Shown here one piece after another: positions 1 to 9,483 of a stretch of DNA of 57,407 nucleotides (positions are counted from its first letter, which is position 1; each line of letters starts with the position of its first letter). This DNA comes from Thermoanaerobaculia bacterium. GTDB lineage: Bacteria > Acidobacteriota > Thermoanaerobaculia > Gp7-AA8. Where the stretch lies: NCBI GenBank assembly GCA_035525015.1, contig DATLFC010000126.1, positions 1 to 57,407 on the forward strand, given 5' to 3'. The position numbers and the translations under genes are program-made. The notes below the pieces were generated by a model. The model was not told the DNA's origin, made no database searches, and saw nothing but the letters and a program-made list of their open reading frames with translations.

Positions 1-1088
1 TCGTGGATGCGCTGGGAGCCGCCGATGATCTCGCCGTATCCCTCCGGCGCGATCATGTCCAGGCCGAGGGCCAGCGACGGATCCTCGGGGTCGGGCTGCA
101 TGTAGAACGCTTTGATCGAAGCCGGATAGCGCGAGATCATCACCGGCCGGTCGAACGAGTTGGCGATGACCGTCTCCTCGTCGCCGCCAAAATCGTCGCC
201 GAACTTCGCTTCCATCCCCTTGCTCTCGAGCAGCGCGATCGCCTCACGATAGGTGATGCGGGGAAACGGCCGCTTCACGTTCTCGAGCTTCGAGACGTCG
301 CGCTCCAGGGTCTTCAGCTCTTCGGCGCATCGCTCGATGGTCCTGCCGACGAGGTATTCGACGAACTCCTCGGCCAGCTCCTGCAGACCGTCGAACTCGA
401 GAAACGCCACTTCCGGCTCGATCATCCAGAACTCCATCAGGTGGCGGCGCGTCTTCGACTTCTCGGCGCGGAACGTCGGCCCGAAGCAGTAGACCCGCCC
501 GAACGCCGCCGCTGCAGGCTCGAGATAGAGCTGGCCCGACTGCGAGAGGTAGGCCTTCTGGCCGAAATAGTCGGTCTCGAACAGCGTCGACGTCCCCTCC
601 GCCGCGTTGGCGGTCAGGATGGGCGAATCGATCAGGACGAAATCGCGGTCGTAGAAGAAGTCGCGGCAGGCCTTCTCCAGCTCGTTGCGCACGCGCAGAA
701 TGGCATGCTGCTTCGACGAGCGGAGCCAGAGGTGCCGGAGATCCATGAGAAACGCCGTCCCGTGCTCCTTCGGCGTGATCGGATACTCCGGCGCCAGAGA
801 GAGGACCTCGAACGATTCGACGCCGAGCTCGACACCTCCCGGCGCGCGCTGCTCGGCGCGCACGGTGCCGGTCACGCGCACGGTCGACTCCTGCGTGACC
901 TCGTCCACCGCCTTCCACGTCTCCTCGGACACTTCCTTCCTGAAAACCACGCACTGCAGATAGCCGCTGCCGTCGCGGACGATCGGAAACTGCAGCTTCC
1001 CGGAGCTTCGCTTGTTGTAGAGCCACCCGTTGACGACGACCTTCTCGCCGATATGGCTCGGAAGCTCCTTGATTCGGACTACGGTCAT
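1..1088 (-). CDS. asnS: asparaginyl-tRNA synthetase, C-terminus cut by window edge
   Basis: Not in supplied ORF track (runs off the 5' edge). Own translation of the minus strand from ATG at complement 1088-1086: [48 protein letters not shown]...[33 protein letters not shown]...[15 protein letters not shown]. This is a class II aaRS motif 2 of AsnRS type. Track ORFs 3..1199(+) and 244..1284(-) are Arg-rich off-frame artefacts. Confidence 0.85.
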   Translation of the reverse strand, partial: MTVVRIKELPSHIGEKVVVNGWLYNKRSSGKLQFPIVRDGSGYLQCVVFRKEVSEETWKAVDEVTQESTVRVTGTVRAEQRAPGGVELGVESFEVLSLAPEYPITPKEHGTAFLMDLRHLWLRSSKQHAILRVRNELEKACRDFFYDRDFVLIDSPILTANAAEGTSTLFETDYFGQKAYLSQSGQLYLEPAAAAFGRVYCFGPTFRAEKSKTRRHLMEFWMIEPEVAFLEFDGLQELAEEFVEYLVGRTIERCAEELKTLERDVSKLENVKRPFPRITYREAIALLESKGMEAKFGDDFGGDEETVIANSFDRPVMISRYPASIKAFYMQPDPEDPSLALGLDMIAPEGYGEIIGGSQRIH

Positions 1089-1099
1089 AGGGGCGGGGA

Positions 1100-2806
1100 T
1101 TATAGCGAGCCCACCGCCGCGTGGATCTCCCGCGCCTCCCGATCCACCACGGCCAGCTTCTCGGCGAACCGCTCGATCTTTTCCGATTCGGCCTCGTAGA
1201 AGCGGCGATAGGGATCGAAGGCGCCGGTGATGCTGCGGAGCATCCGGTCGATTTCCGTGGTCGATTCGCGCTCGAGCGATTCACGGAGGTGGTTCCGCAG
1301 CTCCTGGATGCGGTGCTGGAACTCCGTCTTGGCCTTGCTGCGCTTGTACGGGAGGATGAGGAAACTGGTGACGAGGAGCATGGTCGCGGCGGTCAGCCCG
1401 GTGACGTCGATGGCCGTGCTGCTGACCGCGGTGGTGATCAGGTAGCCGAGGCCGAGGGCGCCGGCGCCGAGACCGAAGGAGTGCATGACGGCGCGCATGG
1501 CGTTGTCGATGATGCGCCGGCTCTCGACGTTCACATCGTACTCACCGAGACGCTGCTCGGCCTGGGTGCGCATCCGGGCGTAGATCTCTTCGCGGTTGTA
1601 CGCGAACTCGCGTCCCACCCGGCCGACGATCTCCTCATCCTGCGCATCTTTCTGGGCCCCGAGGCGGAAGGCGTCGACCGTGCTGTTCCAGAGCTTCATG
1701 TTCTCTTTGACCAGCCAGTCCACCGACTCCTGAATCGTGGTGTCGATGTTCCCCTTGAAGCCCTGAAAGACCTGGCGGTCGAACTCCTCTCGGAAGCGAA
1801 GGCTGTCGCGGAGAAGCATGATGTGCTGGATGCGTACGTAGCGGTCGAGGAAATCGACACCGCGCCGTTCCAGATCCATCATGAGATTGTCGATGCGGAT
1901 GACGAACTGGCGGAAGTTGCCTTGCAGATCTGCTCGGGCACGCTCCAGCTGATCGACAATGGATGCGATCCGCTCCATGTCGGTAGCCAGGAGCTCCCGG
2001 CGCGACTCGACCATGGTCAGCTGCTTCCGCGTGAGCGTGGCGATGGTGTCGAGCGGCGCCTGCAGCTTGATCCGGACGCGCTCCTTCTCCGACAGAACCT
2101 TGAAGATGTAGTCCTCGAGAGCCTCGAAGCGGCTGCGCGTCTTCGCGCTGACCGGGAAGATGGTCGGCTCGAAGCCGAAGATTTCCTTCGTGTTCGCCCT
2201 GATGTAGTCGAGGACCTGATCGACTTCCTCCACGCTCTTGGTATCGATCTTGTTGAGGACGAAGACGACCTTCTTCCCCCATTCGCGGATGTACTCGAGG
2301 AAGCGCCGCTCCGACTCCGAGAGCGGCCGGTCGATCGACGTCACGAAAAGCACCAGATCGGCGCGCGGGATGTAATCCTCGGTGATCTCCTGATGCCGCT
2401 GTACGATGGAGTTGGTACCCGGCGTGTCGACGAGCGTGATGTTGCGGAGAAAGTCGACCGGGTAGAACTGCTCGAGGACATAGTCCGAGATCGGCCGCTG
2501 CGACGGTTCTTCCCCATACCGGAGGACGGAGATGCGGTCGTCGACTGGAATCGGCCCTTCGGTGCGCAACTTCACTCCGAACAGCGCGTTGATGAGCGAC
2601 GACTTTCCTGCGTTGAACTCGCCGACGATGACGATCGTGAAGAGATCCTCGAGCGTGGCCAGCAGCTCGTCCACGCGCCGCCGCTCCTCGAGCTGCTCGC
2701 GCTCCAGGGACTCCCGCAGCTGCACCAGAAGCGCGCTCTCCCGCCGCAGAAGGCTCTGCACCTTCGGGTCGACCACCGTGTCGAAAATGCCCGGCATCGG
2801 CGGCAA
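1100..2806 (-). CDS. dynamin-family (bacterial dynamin-like) GTPase with C-terminal hydrophobic segment
   Basis: P-loop [24 protein letters not shown] and NKID G-motifs. Long coiled-coil-like middle region. Hydrophobic stretch [19 protein letters not shown]...[11 protein letters not shown]. Track start is TTG at 2806; ATG at 2797 (MPGIFD) is an alternative. Confidence 0.8.
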   Translation of the reverse strand: MPPMPGIFDTVVDPKVQSLLRRESALLVQLRESLEREQLEERRRVDELLATLEDLFTIVIVGEFNAGKSSLINALFGVKLRTEGPIPVDDRISVLRYGEEPSQRPISDYVLEQFYPVDFLRNITLVDTPGTNSIVQRHQEITEDYIPRADLVLFVTSIDRPLSESERRFLEYIREWGKKVVFVLNKIDTKSVEEVDQVLDYIRANTKEIFGFEPTIFPVSAKTRSRFEALEDYIFKVLSEKERVRIKLQAPLDTIATLTRKQLTMVESRRELLATDMERIASIVDQLERARADLQGNFRQFVIRIDNLMMDLERRGVDFLDRYVRIQHIMLLRDSLRFREEFDRQVFQGFKGNIDTTIQESVDWLVKENMKLWNSTVDAFRLGAQKDAQDEEIVGRVGREFAYNREEIYARMRTQAEQRLGEYDVNVESRRIIDNAMRAVMHSFGLGAGALGLGYLITTAVSSTAIDVTGLTAATMLLVTSFLILPYKRSKAKTEFQHRIQELRNHLRESLERESTTEIDRMLRSITGAFDPYRRFYEAESEKIERFAEKLAVVDREAREIHAAVGSL

Positions 2807-2814
2807 GTGTACCG

Positions 2815-3735
2815 TCAGTCCGGCGGCGGCACGATCACTTCGAGCGACTGCGGCACGATCGTGATCGTCACCGGGGTGGTCAGCGTGGCCACCTCCCCGT
2901 CGATCCCCGCGCGGACCCGGGGACGCGGCGAATAGACCTTCATCCGGGAGGTACGGAACGACCGGAAACCGGGTGTCTCCCGGACGCGCCCGGCCAGGTA
3001 GCGGGCCACGAACCGCATCAGCTCGAGCCGCGGGAGATGCGGCAGCCAGTAGACCGACAGCCGTCCCTCCTCGAGCATCGCTCGCGCCGACGGCACGCCG
3101 ATCCGCGACAGATCGTAGGAGTTGCTCGAGATCATGAACACGTGCGTCCGCACGACCTCCTGATGATGCTCGCTCTCCACGGCCAGCGTCACATGGGGGT
3201 ACTTCCGCAACGTCTTGTAGACGGCGTAGAGACGCGCCTTCCAGCGTGGATAGTCGCGCCCCTTCTCTTCGCGCCGGCGGACCAGATCGGGGTAGAGGCC
3301 GAAGGAGATGTTGTTGACGAAGAAGCGGTCGTTGGCCCGGCCGGTGTCGACCGTGCGGCGGCGCCCGTTCAGTGCCACTTCCAGCGCCTGCCGCCAGTCG
3401 AGCGGAACGCCGAGATCACGGGCGAAGTGGTTGTAGGTGCCGGTCGGGATCACGGCCACGGCCGCATCCGGCTGCTGCACCAGACTCTGGATCACGGCGT
3501 TCACAGTTCCGTCGCCGCCGGCGGCAACGAAGAGCCTTCTCCCCTGCCGCACTCCCTCGCGAACAACCGCGGGAATGTCGATGGCCGGCGTGAGCTCCAC
3601 GACCTCGAGGCCCGCCGCCGTGGCCGCCGCGGTGAGATCCGCCGCCACCGCCCGCCGGCCGGAGGAAGCGTTCAGGAAAAGCGTGCCGCGGGCGGTTGGC
3701 AATTTCGGCTCCGGCGTAGTGGTTGGAGACGGCAC
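2815..3735 (-). CDS. diacylglycerol/lipid kinase family protein (YegS/BmrU-like)
   Basis: TLFLNASSGRR...LFVAAGGDGTVNAV catalytic-domain signature of the DAGK_cat family. GTG start at 3735; exact start uncertain. Confidence 0.75.
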   Translation of the reverse strand: MPSPTTTPEPKLPTARGTLFLNASSGRRAVAADLTAAATAAGLEVVELTPAIDIPAVVREGVRQGRRLFVAAGGDGTVNAVIQSLVQQPDAAVAVIPTGTYNHFARDLGVPLDWRQALEVALNGRRRTVDTGRANDRFFVNNISFGLYPDLVRRREEKGRDYPRWKARLYAVYKTLRKYPHVTLAVESEHHQEVVRTHVFMISSNSYDLSRIGVPSARAMLEEGRLSVYWLPHLPRLELMRFVARYLAGRVRETPGFRSFRTSRMKVYSPRPRVRAGIDGEVATLTTPVTITIVPQSLEVIVPPPD

Positions 3736-3765
3736 GTTGCAACGTCCATGATCGAGGGGCCTACC

Positions 3766-6618
3766 ATGAAGAGAGCCGCGGCTTTTCTCGCGCTCCTGCT
3801 CATCGCATTCACACTCCCCGCAGCCGCGGCCATTCCGCCGTGCTCACTCTGTGTCGGGACAGTTCCACAGGAGATCGCAACGACTGCGACGCCCGTGCCG
3901 CAGATCCTCCGGGTCACGCTCGACGAGTTTGACAGATCGCCGGCCGAGACGCTTCCAGCCGGCCAGGCCGGAAAGGCCGTCATCGTCGTTTCCTTCACGG
4001 TGGGCGGCGACGACCCCCTCGCCGAAGCGGATCAGCGGGTCAGGGCCATCGTCCAGTGGGCCGAGAAGCACGGCCCGTTCGACACCCTGGCACTCGACAT
4101 CGAGCACGGAGACCCGGCCGTGACCGCCTATGCCGTCAAGCGGACCGCGGTGGCAGCACAGGGGTTGAGCGTGGCCGGTCGCCTGGCACTCGCTCCCATG
4201 CCGCTGGAGCGGCTGCAGCAGCTCTTCGAGCATGGAGCGCAGGCTTACTTCGACGTGCTGCTGGCGAACGGCGGCGACGTCGCGGCGGCGGCGGCATGGC
4301 TGGCCGAGCACGATCCGGCGAAGAAGATCTTCGCCATCGTCACCCCGGCGTCGCCGAATCCGCTCTACGACGCGGCACGCGCCCTGGCGGACGGCGCCAC
4401 GATGGCCTTCCTCGAAGGGGACGTCGATCCGGCCGCCGTCGCGCACGTCAATCGAGCCCTCGGGGGCGACTTCGCATTCGACTCCACCTCCAGGCCGGCC
4501 TTTCTCGATGCCCGCGGCGAGGCGGCGGACATCCGGGCACTCCAGTTCGTGCGCGGCGAGGATCTCCGCTCCATCGTCGTGCCGGCCGGCGCCGCGGAGC
4601 CGCTGATCGTCTCGCTTCCTGCCGACCAGTACGCGGAGCCGCATCGGGTCGATGCCGGCGGCGAGAAGGCGATCGCCGACACCGGCACCCGTTCAGGGCG
4701 CCTGCTGTTCGCAGTGCAGCCTTCGCCACGGCCGTACCTCCTCTATGTGAACCGCGCGCAGAAACCCGACGCGAACATCACGCGGGAAGCCATCGACGTG
4801 GCGACGCAGCGCGGCATTACGGTCGAGGAGATCATCCGGAACCACCAGGCCTGGGAGGCGTTCCAGGACTCGATCCAGGTGAAGTACATTGCCCGCAACA
4901 CCACGAAACTCCGCTTTGCGGTCGGCCGCGGCGGCGATTCCGTGGAGGCCACGATCGCCGGCGACTATTTCTCGGATCCTGCGGGCCGCGCCGACTGGGT
5001 GTGGCAGGACTTCCTCATCAACGGCGTTCGCTGGAGGTATGGGCGGATTCCGGAGCTGCCGCTCATCCAGCCCGAGAAGGTCACGCAGCTTCCGCTCGAC
5101 ATCCACCTCTCGAACGACTATCGCTACCAACTCGTCCGGGAGACGGACGTGGCCGGGTATCGCGTGTACGAGGTTCGGTTCGAGCCGCCGGCCAACGCGC
5201 CGGAAGGGCTTCCGCTCTACCGGGGTACGGTGTTCATCGACAAAAGGAGCTGGGCCCGGATTCGCATCTCGATGGTCCAGTTGAACCTGACCGGCGAGGT
5301 TCTCTCGAACGAGGAGCGCGTCGACTTCCAGCCGTTCGATCGCCTCTCACACGCCGCGCTGAACGCGGAAGACGTCGCCGTGGCGGAGGCCCGATCGGTT
5401 CTCTGGCTGCCGGCCGACATTTCCGCGCAGCAGGTGATCTCGGCAGCCGGACGCGCCAACGTGATCCTGCGCCATACGAACTTCACGAATTTCCGGATCG
5501 AGCCGGCCGGATACGAGGAGATCCATCAGCAGGTGTCCGCCTCCGACGCCCGCATGGTGCGCGAGACGGAGGCGGGACTCCGCTACCTCGAGAAGCGGGG
5601 CGAGGGCGAGCGGGTGGTGAAGGACGGCTACAACACGTCGCAGCTCTTCATGGTGGGGGGCGTTCATCACGATGCCGGCCTGGAGTTCCCGGTCATCCCC
5701 CTCGGCGGCATCGATTACTTCGATTTCGACCTGTTCGATCGCGGCATCCAGGCCAACGTGTTCTTCGCCGGCGTGATGTTGGCGGCGAACGCGACGCATC
5801 CCAACGTAGCCAGCACGCGGACAAACGTCGGTGTCGACTTCTTCGGCATCGCCATTCCGTTCCAGAACACGATGTATCGCAACGGAGAGGAACGTCCCGG
5901 CGAAGCGGTCAAGGTGCTCCCGCTGGTGCTGACGGCGCGCGCAGGCCATCCGATCTTCAACTTCGGCAAGGTCGATCTCTCGTTCACCGCCGCGCACCTC
6001 TCCTATCAGCGCGCCGAGGATACGGATGCCGGTTACACCGTCCCGTCGGATACGTTCCTGTTCGGTCCGACAGTGTCGGCGCACTACGCCCGCTGGGGAT
6101 ACTCGCTGGCGCTCTCGTGGGACCAGACGACGCGCAGCAGCTGGGAGCCGTGGGGCGACCTCTCCGAATACGACGAAAAGCAGAAGAGCTTCACGCGATT
6201 CGGTGCCTCGCTCGGGAAGAGCTTCTACCTGCCGCGCTTCCAGCGGATCGGCATCGATCTCAACTACCTGGACGGGAGCAGGCTGGACCGGTTCTCCAAG
6301 TACGAGCTCGGCTTCTTCGGGGCGCAGCGCGTTCATGGCGTGCGCTCGGGGTCGGTCCGTGCGGAGCGGGCCATCATCGGGCACCTCTCCTATGGCTTCG
6401 TCTTTTCCGAGCAGTTCCGGATCGAGGCCTTCTACGATCACGCCGTGCTGGATGACGAGAGCGCCGGCTTCCGCCGCGAGCCGTTCCAGGGCATCGGCAT
6501 CGCCGGGCAGACCGTCGGCCCGTACGGAACGCTGGTACGGCTGGACATCGGCAAGATGGTCGGGCGGAACGCCCAGGACGGCTTCGTAGCGAACGTGGTG
6601 TTCCTGAAGCTGTTTTGA
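3766..6618 (+). CDS. large secreted outer-membrane protein; C-terminal beta-barrel (Omp85/surface-antigen-like), central LolA-like region (inference)
   Basis: Start chosen at ATG 3766 (MKRAAAFLALLLIAFTLPAAAA signal peptide; ATG 3748 also possible). The track ORF from 3037 is read-through antisense to the kinase gene. Ends ...GFVANVVFLKLF (terminal Phe, OMP signature). The last ~350 aa have an alternating beta-strand pattern. The middle YRVYEVRFEPP...LYRGTVFIDKRSWARIRISMVQLNLTGEVLSNEE resembles LolA-fold proteins. Confidence 0.65.
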   Translation: MKRAAAFLALLLIAFTLPAAAAIPPCSLCVGTVPQEIATTATPVPQILRVTLDEFDRSPAETLPAGQAGKAVIVVSFTVGGDDPLAEADQRVRAIVQWAEKHGPFDTLALDIEHGDPAVTAYAVKRTAVAAQGLSVAGRLALAPMPLERLQQLFEHGAQAYFDVLLANGGDVAAAAAWLAEHDPAKKIFAIVTPASPNPLYDAARALADGATMAFLEGDVDPAAVAHVNRALGGDFAFDSTSRPAFLDARGEAADIRALQFVRGEDLRSIVVPAGAAEPLIVSLPADQYAEPHRVDAGGEKAIADTGTRSGRLLFAVQPSPRPYLLYVNRAQKPDANITREAIDVATQRGITVEEIIRNHQAWEAFQDSIQVKYIARNTTKLRFAVGRGGDSVEATIAGDYFSDPAGRADWVWQDFLINGVRWRYGRIPELPLIQPEKVTQLPLDIHLSNDYRYQLVRETDVAGYRVYEVRFEPPANAPEGLPLYRGTVFIDKRSWARIRISMVQLNLTGEVLSNEERVDFQPFDRLSHAALNAEDVAVAEARSVLWLPADISAQQVISAAGRANVILRHTNFTNFRIEPAGYEEIHQQVSASDARMVRETEAGLRYLEKRGEGERVVKDGYNTSQLFMVGGVHHDAGLEFPVIPLGGIDYFDFDLFDRGIQANVFFAGVMLAANATHPNVASTRTNVGVDFFGIAIPFQNTMYRNGEERPGEAVKVLPLVLTARAGHPIFNFGKVDLSFTAAHLSYQRAEDTDAGYTVPSDTFLFGPTVSAHYARWGYSLALSWDQTTRSSWEPWGDLSEYDEKQKSFTRFGASLGKSFYLPRFQRIGIDLNYLDGSRLDRFSKYELGFFGAQRVHGVRSGSVRAERAIIGHLSYGFVFSEQFRIEAFYDHAVLDDESAGFRREPFQGIGIAGQTVGPYGTLVRLDIGKMVGRNAQDGFVANVVFLKLF

Positions 6619-6627
6619 TGCAGCACG

Positions 6628-6658
6628 AAAAAAGCCCGGCGGGGAGCCGGGCTTTTTT
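6628..6658. terminator. bidirectional rho-independent terminator
   Basis: AAAAAAGCCCGGC-GGGGA-GCCGGGCTTTTTT: GC stem flanked by an A-tract and a T-tract, between two convergent genes. Confidence 0.85.
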
Positions 6659-6681
6659 CTCACTTCTGCTGTCGCTACCTC

Positions 6682-8289
6682 TTATGGCGTGTTGGTCGGA
6701 TTCATGACGTAGAAGTCGACCGAACCGATCTCGTTCCGGTTGCCCCTCCCGTCGAGTACGCGGACGGTCAGGCGGTGGCGGGCGTTGCTCAGGAACCGGG
6801 TGTTCATCGTGAACCGCCAGCCGGAGGTCGACGCCGTCGGGAACGTCGGGTACTGCTGCTGGACGTCGGCGCGCGGGAACCCGTACTGCGCCTGGCCGAC
6901 GTAGTTGCCGTCGATGATCAGCTCGATCGCGGCCACACCGTTGAAGTCGAGCGCCCATCCCTGGAAGACGGTGTCGCCGGTGATGAAGTCGAACGTGGTC
7001 GGGATGTCGATGTGTCCCACCGCCGGCAGATCCTGGTTGGTCTCGGCACAGTCGAAGAACACCGGGATGCCGGCCGGGCCGGGGATCTCGGAGAAGGTCT
7101 GCTGCTGATCGCCGACGCGGACTTTCAGCACATGATGACCGGGCCGCACACCGAGACCCAGGAGCGCTCCGACATCGAGCGTGAACATGAATCCGGAGCG
7201 CGGCGCGTCGGGATAGAAGGGATAGAAACGCTGTACGTCGTAGCGCGGCAGGCCGTAGCAGTTGCTGAACCCGCCGAGCAGACCGCAGTCGTCGGTGGAG
7301 GCCCACCGGACGCCGTCAACGAGAAGCTCGACGTACGACACGCGGCCGGTATCGAGCCGGGTGCCGAGGTCCAGCGCCCACCCGCGGACCTGCGTGATGT
7401 GCTGTGTCGGGCGGACGAAAGGTGATACGAGCGGGACGCCCGCCCCGTCGCACTGCGTGCCGGTGAGAACCGCGTCGCGCAGCGGCGTGTCGAGGTACCC
7501 GAACGGCTTCAGCATCGTTTCGCTGTTGAACACCTGGATCGTCCGGCGCCCGATGAGGCGCTCCAGCCCGTGGCGGTCCGTGGCGGTGACCGTCAGGACG
7601 TGCATCCCGTCTGTCACCCGCGTCGTATCGACGTTGGCGATGAAGCCGCTGAACAGCGCCGCCGGGAAGTCTCCGCCGAACATCGCGGCCACGTCGGGGC
7701 GGGGGTCTCCGTACATCGCCGACTGCATGTCGCCGCCGTCGATCTGTACGTCGACGCGCGCCACGCCGTCCGAGTCCGTCACCCATCCGACCACCGGGAA
7801 AACGCCCGTTCCATTGAAGATCCCGACCGCACCCGGCTGATCGACCGCGCCGAACGGCGGCTGGTTGATCGTGTTGTCGATGATGATGGTCCGCCGCCCC
7901 ACCTCCTCGATCCGCCCGTCGTTCATGTAGACGCGGAGCGACACCGTGTGCGGCCCGTTGCTGAAGCGGCTGGCCAGGAAGGAGGCCTGGAATCCGGGAT
8001 TCGTGTGGAAGATGCCCGGCCACTGAGGATAGGCCTGGTTGACATCGATGTACGGAAGCCGGATGACGGCGTTGTGCTGGAACTCGTCGTCGACGAACAG
8101 CTCGATCCGGGAGATCTGAATGGGGTCGTAGGCCCATCCGCGAACGAGCACCACTCCGGACTGGACGACTGCGGGGTCAGGACGGTCGACCTCGCCTACG
8201 AATCCGGGGGGCAACTGCGCAAGCAACGCAGGCACAGCGAGCGCTGCCAGTAAGGAGAGAACCAGGCCGCGGGTAACCCATCTCCACAT
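6682..8289 (-). CDS. secreted protein composed of four tandem ~125-150-aa beta-rich domains
   Basis: Signal peptide MWRWVTRGLVLSLLAALAVPALLA. GGAGG lies 8 nt upstream of ATG 8289 (track start TTG 8304 less likely). The internal repeat motif occurs four times: VLVRGWAYDP..ISRIELFVDD; FPVVGWVTDSDGVARVDVQIDGG..YGDPRPDV; ITQVRGWALD..VSYVELLVDG..LPRYDV; TVFQGWALDFNGVAAIELIIDGN..YGFPRADV. Confidence 0.7.
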   Translation of the reverse strand: MWRWVTRGLVLSLLAALAVPALLAQLPPGFVGEVDRPDPAVVQSGVVLVRGWAYDPIQISRIELFVDDEFQHNAVIRLPYIDVNQAYPQWPGIFHTNPGFQASFLASRFSNGPHTVSLRVYMNDGRIEEVGRRTIIIDNTINQPPFGAVDQPGAVGIFNGTGVFPVVGWVTDSDGVARVDVQIDGGDMQSAMYGDPRPDVAAMFGGDFPAALFSGFIANVDTTRVTDGMHVLTVTATDRHGLERLIGRRTIQVFNSETMLKPFGYLDTPLRDAVLTGTQCDGAGVPLVSPFVRPTQHITQVRGWALDLGTRLDTGRVSYVELLVDGVRWASTDDCGLLGGFSNCYGLPRYDVQRFYPFYPDAPRSGFMFTLDVGALLGLGVRPGHHVLKVRVGDQQQTFSEIPGPAGIPVFFDCAETNQDLPAVGHIDIPTTFDFITGDTVFQGWALDFNGVAAIELIIDGNYVGQAQYGFPRADVQQQYPTFPTASTSGWRFTMNTRFLSNARHRLTVRVLDGRGNRNEIGSVDFYVMNPTNTP

Positions 8290-8412
8290 ATCCCCAACCT
8301 CCAACCCGAAGATGACCTTGGTATATCTTGTAGTTAAATCGTCAGCCGACGATACTCCGCTCCGCTCAAAAAATCAAATAATCGGCGAGCGGGCGAGGCC
8401 GATCCACTTCGT

Positions 8413-9420
8413 TTGCACGAGTTTATACTACGCGGCTTGACATCTTCAAGCGAAGCCGCCGGTGCCACCACACTCCCCGTTGACCTCGACCAGATCCGAG
8501 CCGCGGCCGCACGGATCGCCCCTCACGTCCACCGGACGCCGCTCCTGTCGAGCCGCACACTTTCGGAACGTGCCGGCGTCGAGATCCGCCTCAAGTGCGA
8601 AAACCTGCAGCGGGCCGGCTCTTTCAAAATTCGCGGCGCGCTGAACGCGCTCCTGCAGCTCACCCCCGAGGAGCGGCAGCGGGGCGTCGTCGCCTTCTCC
8701 TCCGGCAACCACGCCCAGGGCGTCGCCCTGGCGGCGAAGCTCCTCGGAACCAGGGCGACCATCGTGATGCCGGAGAACTCCGTCGCCTCGAAGGTCGCCG
8801 CGACCCGTGGCTACGGCGCGGAGGTCGTGCAGGGCGGGGTGACGGCGGCGACGCGCGATACCGTGGCGCGCGAGATCGCCGCGAAGACCGGCGCGGCGGT
8901 CGTTCCACCGTTCGACGACGAGCGGATCATCGCCGGCGCCGGGACCGTCGGGCTGGAGATCGTCGAGGAATGGCCCGACGTCAATTCGATCGTCGTGCCG
9001 CTCGGCGGAGGCGGACTGCTGGCTGGGATTGCCGTCGCAGCCACGACGCTCCGGCCGTCGATCACGGTCTACGGGGTGGAACCGGCCGCCGGGAACGACG
9101 GCGAGCAATCGTTTCGCGCCGGCCGCATCATCACGATCGACCCGCCGGAGACGATCGCCGACGGCGCACGCACGCTGGCCATCGGCCGGCGCAACTTCGC
9201 GATCATCCGCGAGCGCGTGGAGGACGTGGTCAGCGTCGATGACGACGTCCTGCTCGAGGCGTTGCAGTTCGCGATGTACCGGACGAAGCTGGTCATCGAG
9301 CCGACCGGCGCTCTGGGACTGGCGGGATTGTTTGCCGGAAAGATCAAGCCGCGGGCACCGGTGGCTGTTGTTGTTTCGGGAGGGAACCTGGATTTCAGTC
9401 TGCTCACGCGATTGAATTGA
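8413..9420 (+). CDS. PLP-dependent threonine/serine dehydratase or serine-racemase-like enzyme (fold type II, no regulatory domain)
   Basis: RTPLL...LKCENLQRAGSFKIRGALN (PLP lysine motif)...AFSSGNHAQGVA...VPLGGGGLLAG. TTG start in track; true start uncertain. Stop TGA 9418-9420 lies inside the first heptamer repeats. Confidence 0.8.
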   Translation: MHEFILRGLTSSSEAAGATTLPVDLDQIRAAAARIAPHVHRTPLLSSRTLSERAGVEIRLKCENLQRAGSFKIRGALNALLQLTPEERQRGVVAFSSGNHAQGVALAAKLLGTRATIVMPENSVASKVAATRGYGAEVVQGGVTAATRDTVAREIAAKTGAAVVPPFDDERIIAGAGTVGLEIVEEWPDVNSIVVPLGGGGLLAGIAVAATTLRPSITVYGVEPAAGNDGEQSFRAGRIITIDPPETIADGARTLAIGRRNFAIIRERVEDVVSVDDDVLLEALQFAMYRTKLVIEPTGALGLAGLFAGKIKPRAPVAVVVSGGNLDFSLLTRLN

Positions 9421-9481
9421 GAATTGAGAATTGAGAATTGAGAATCTCGAGTCTCAATTCTCAATTCTCAATTCTCAATTC
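9414..9481. repeat. inverted heptamer-array hairpin: (GAATTGA)x4+GAATCTC / (TCAATTC)x4
   Basis: Read directly from the sequence. It fills the whole gap between the dehydratase stop (inside the left arm) and the rarA ATG 9484 (a degenerate last unit TCTCATG). Confidence 0.95.
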
Positions 9482-9483
9482 TC

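Noticed and set aside
3-1284. Track ORFs 3..1199(+) and 244..1284(-) at the window start
   Set aside because: Both are Arg-rich off-frame products. The third minus-strand frame gives a clean AsnRS sequence that the track omits because it has no stop within the window.
3037-3765. N-terminal 243 codons of the 1193-aa track ORF 3037..6618
   Set aside because: This part is antisense to the lipid-kinase gene and has junk composition. A canonical signal peptide begins at ATG 3766.
4056-6455. 799-aa alternative-frame ORF inside the outer-membrane protein gene
   Set aside because: Extremely Arg/Gly/Pro-rich. It is a +1 frame of a gene whose main frame has normal composition and an OMP C-terminus.
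9414-9481. Possibility that the heptamer arrays are CRISPR arrays
   Set aside because: The units are 7 nt with no spacers, the arrays are under 110 nt, the arms are inverted rather than direct, and there are no cas genes in the window.
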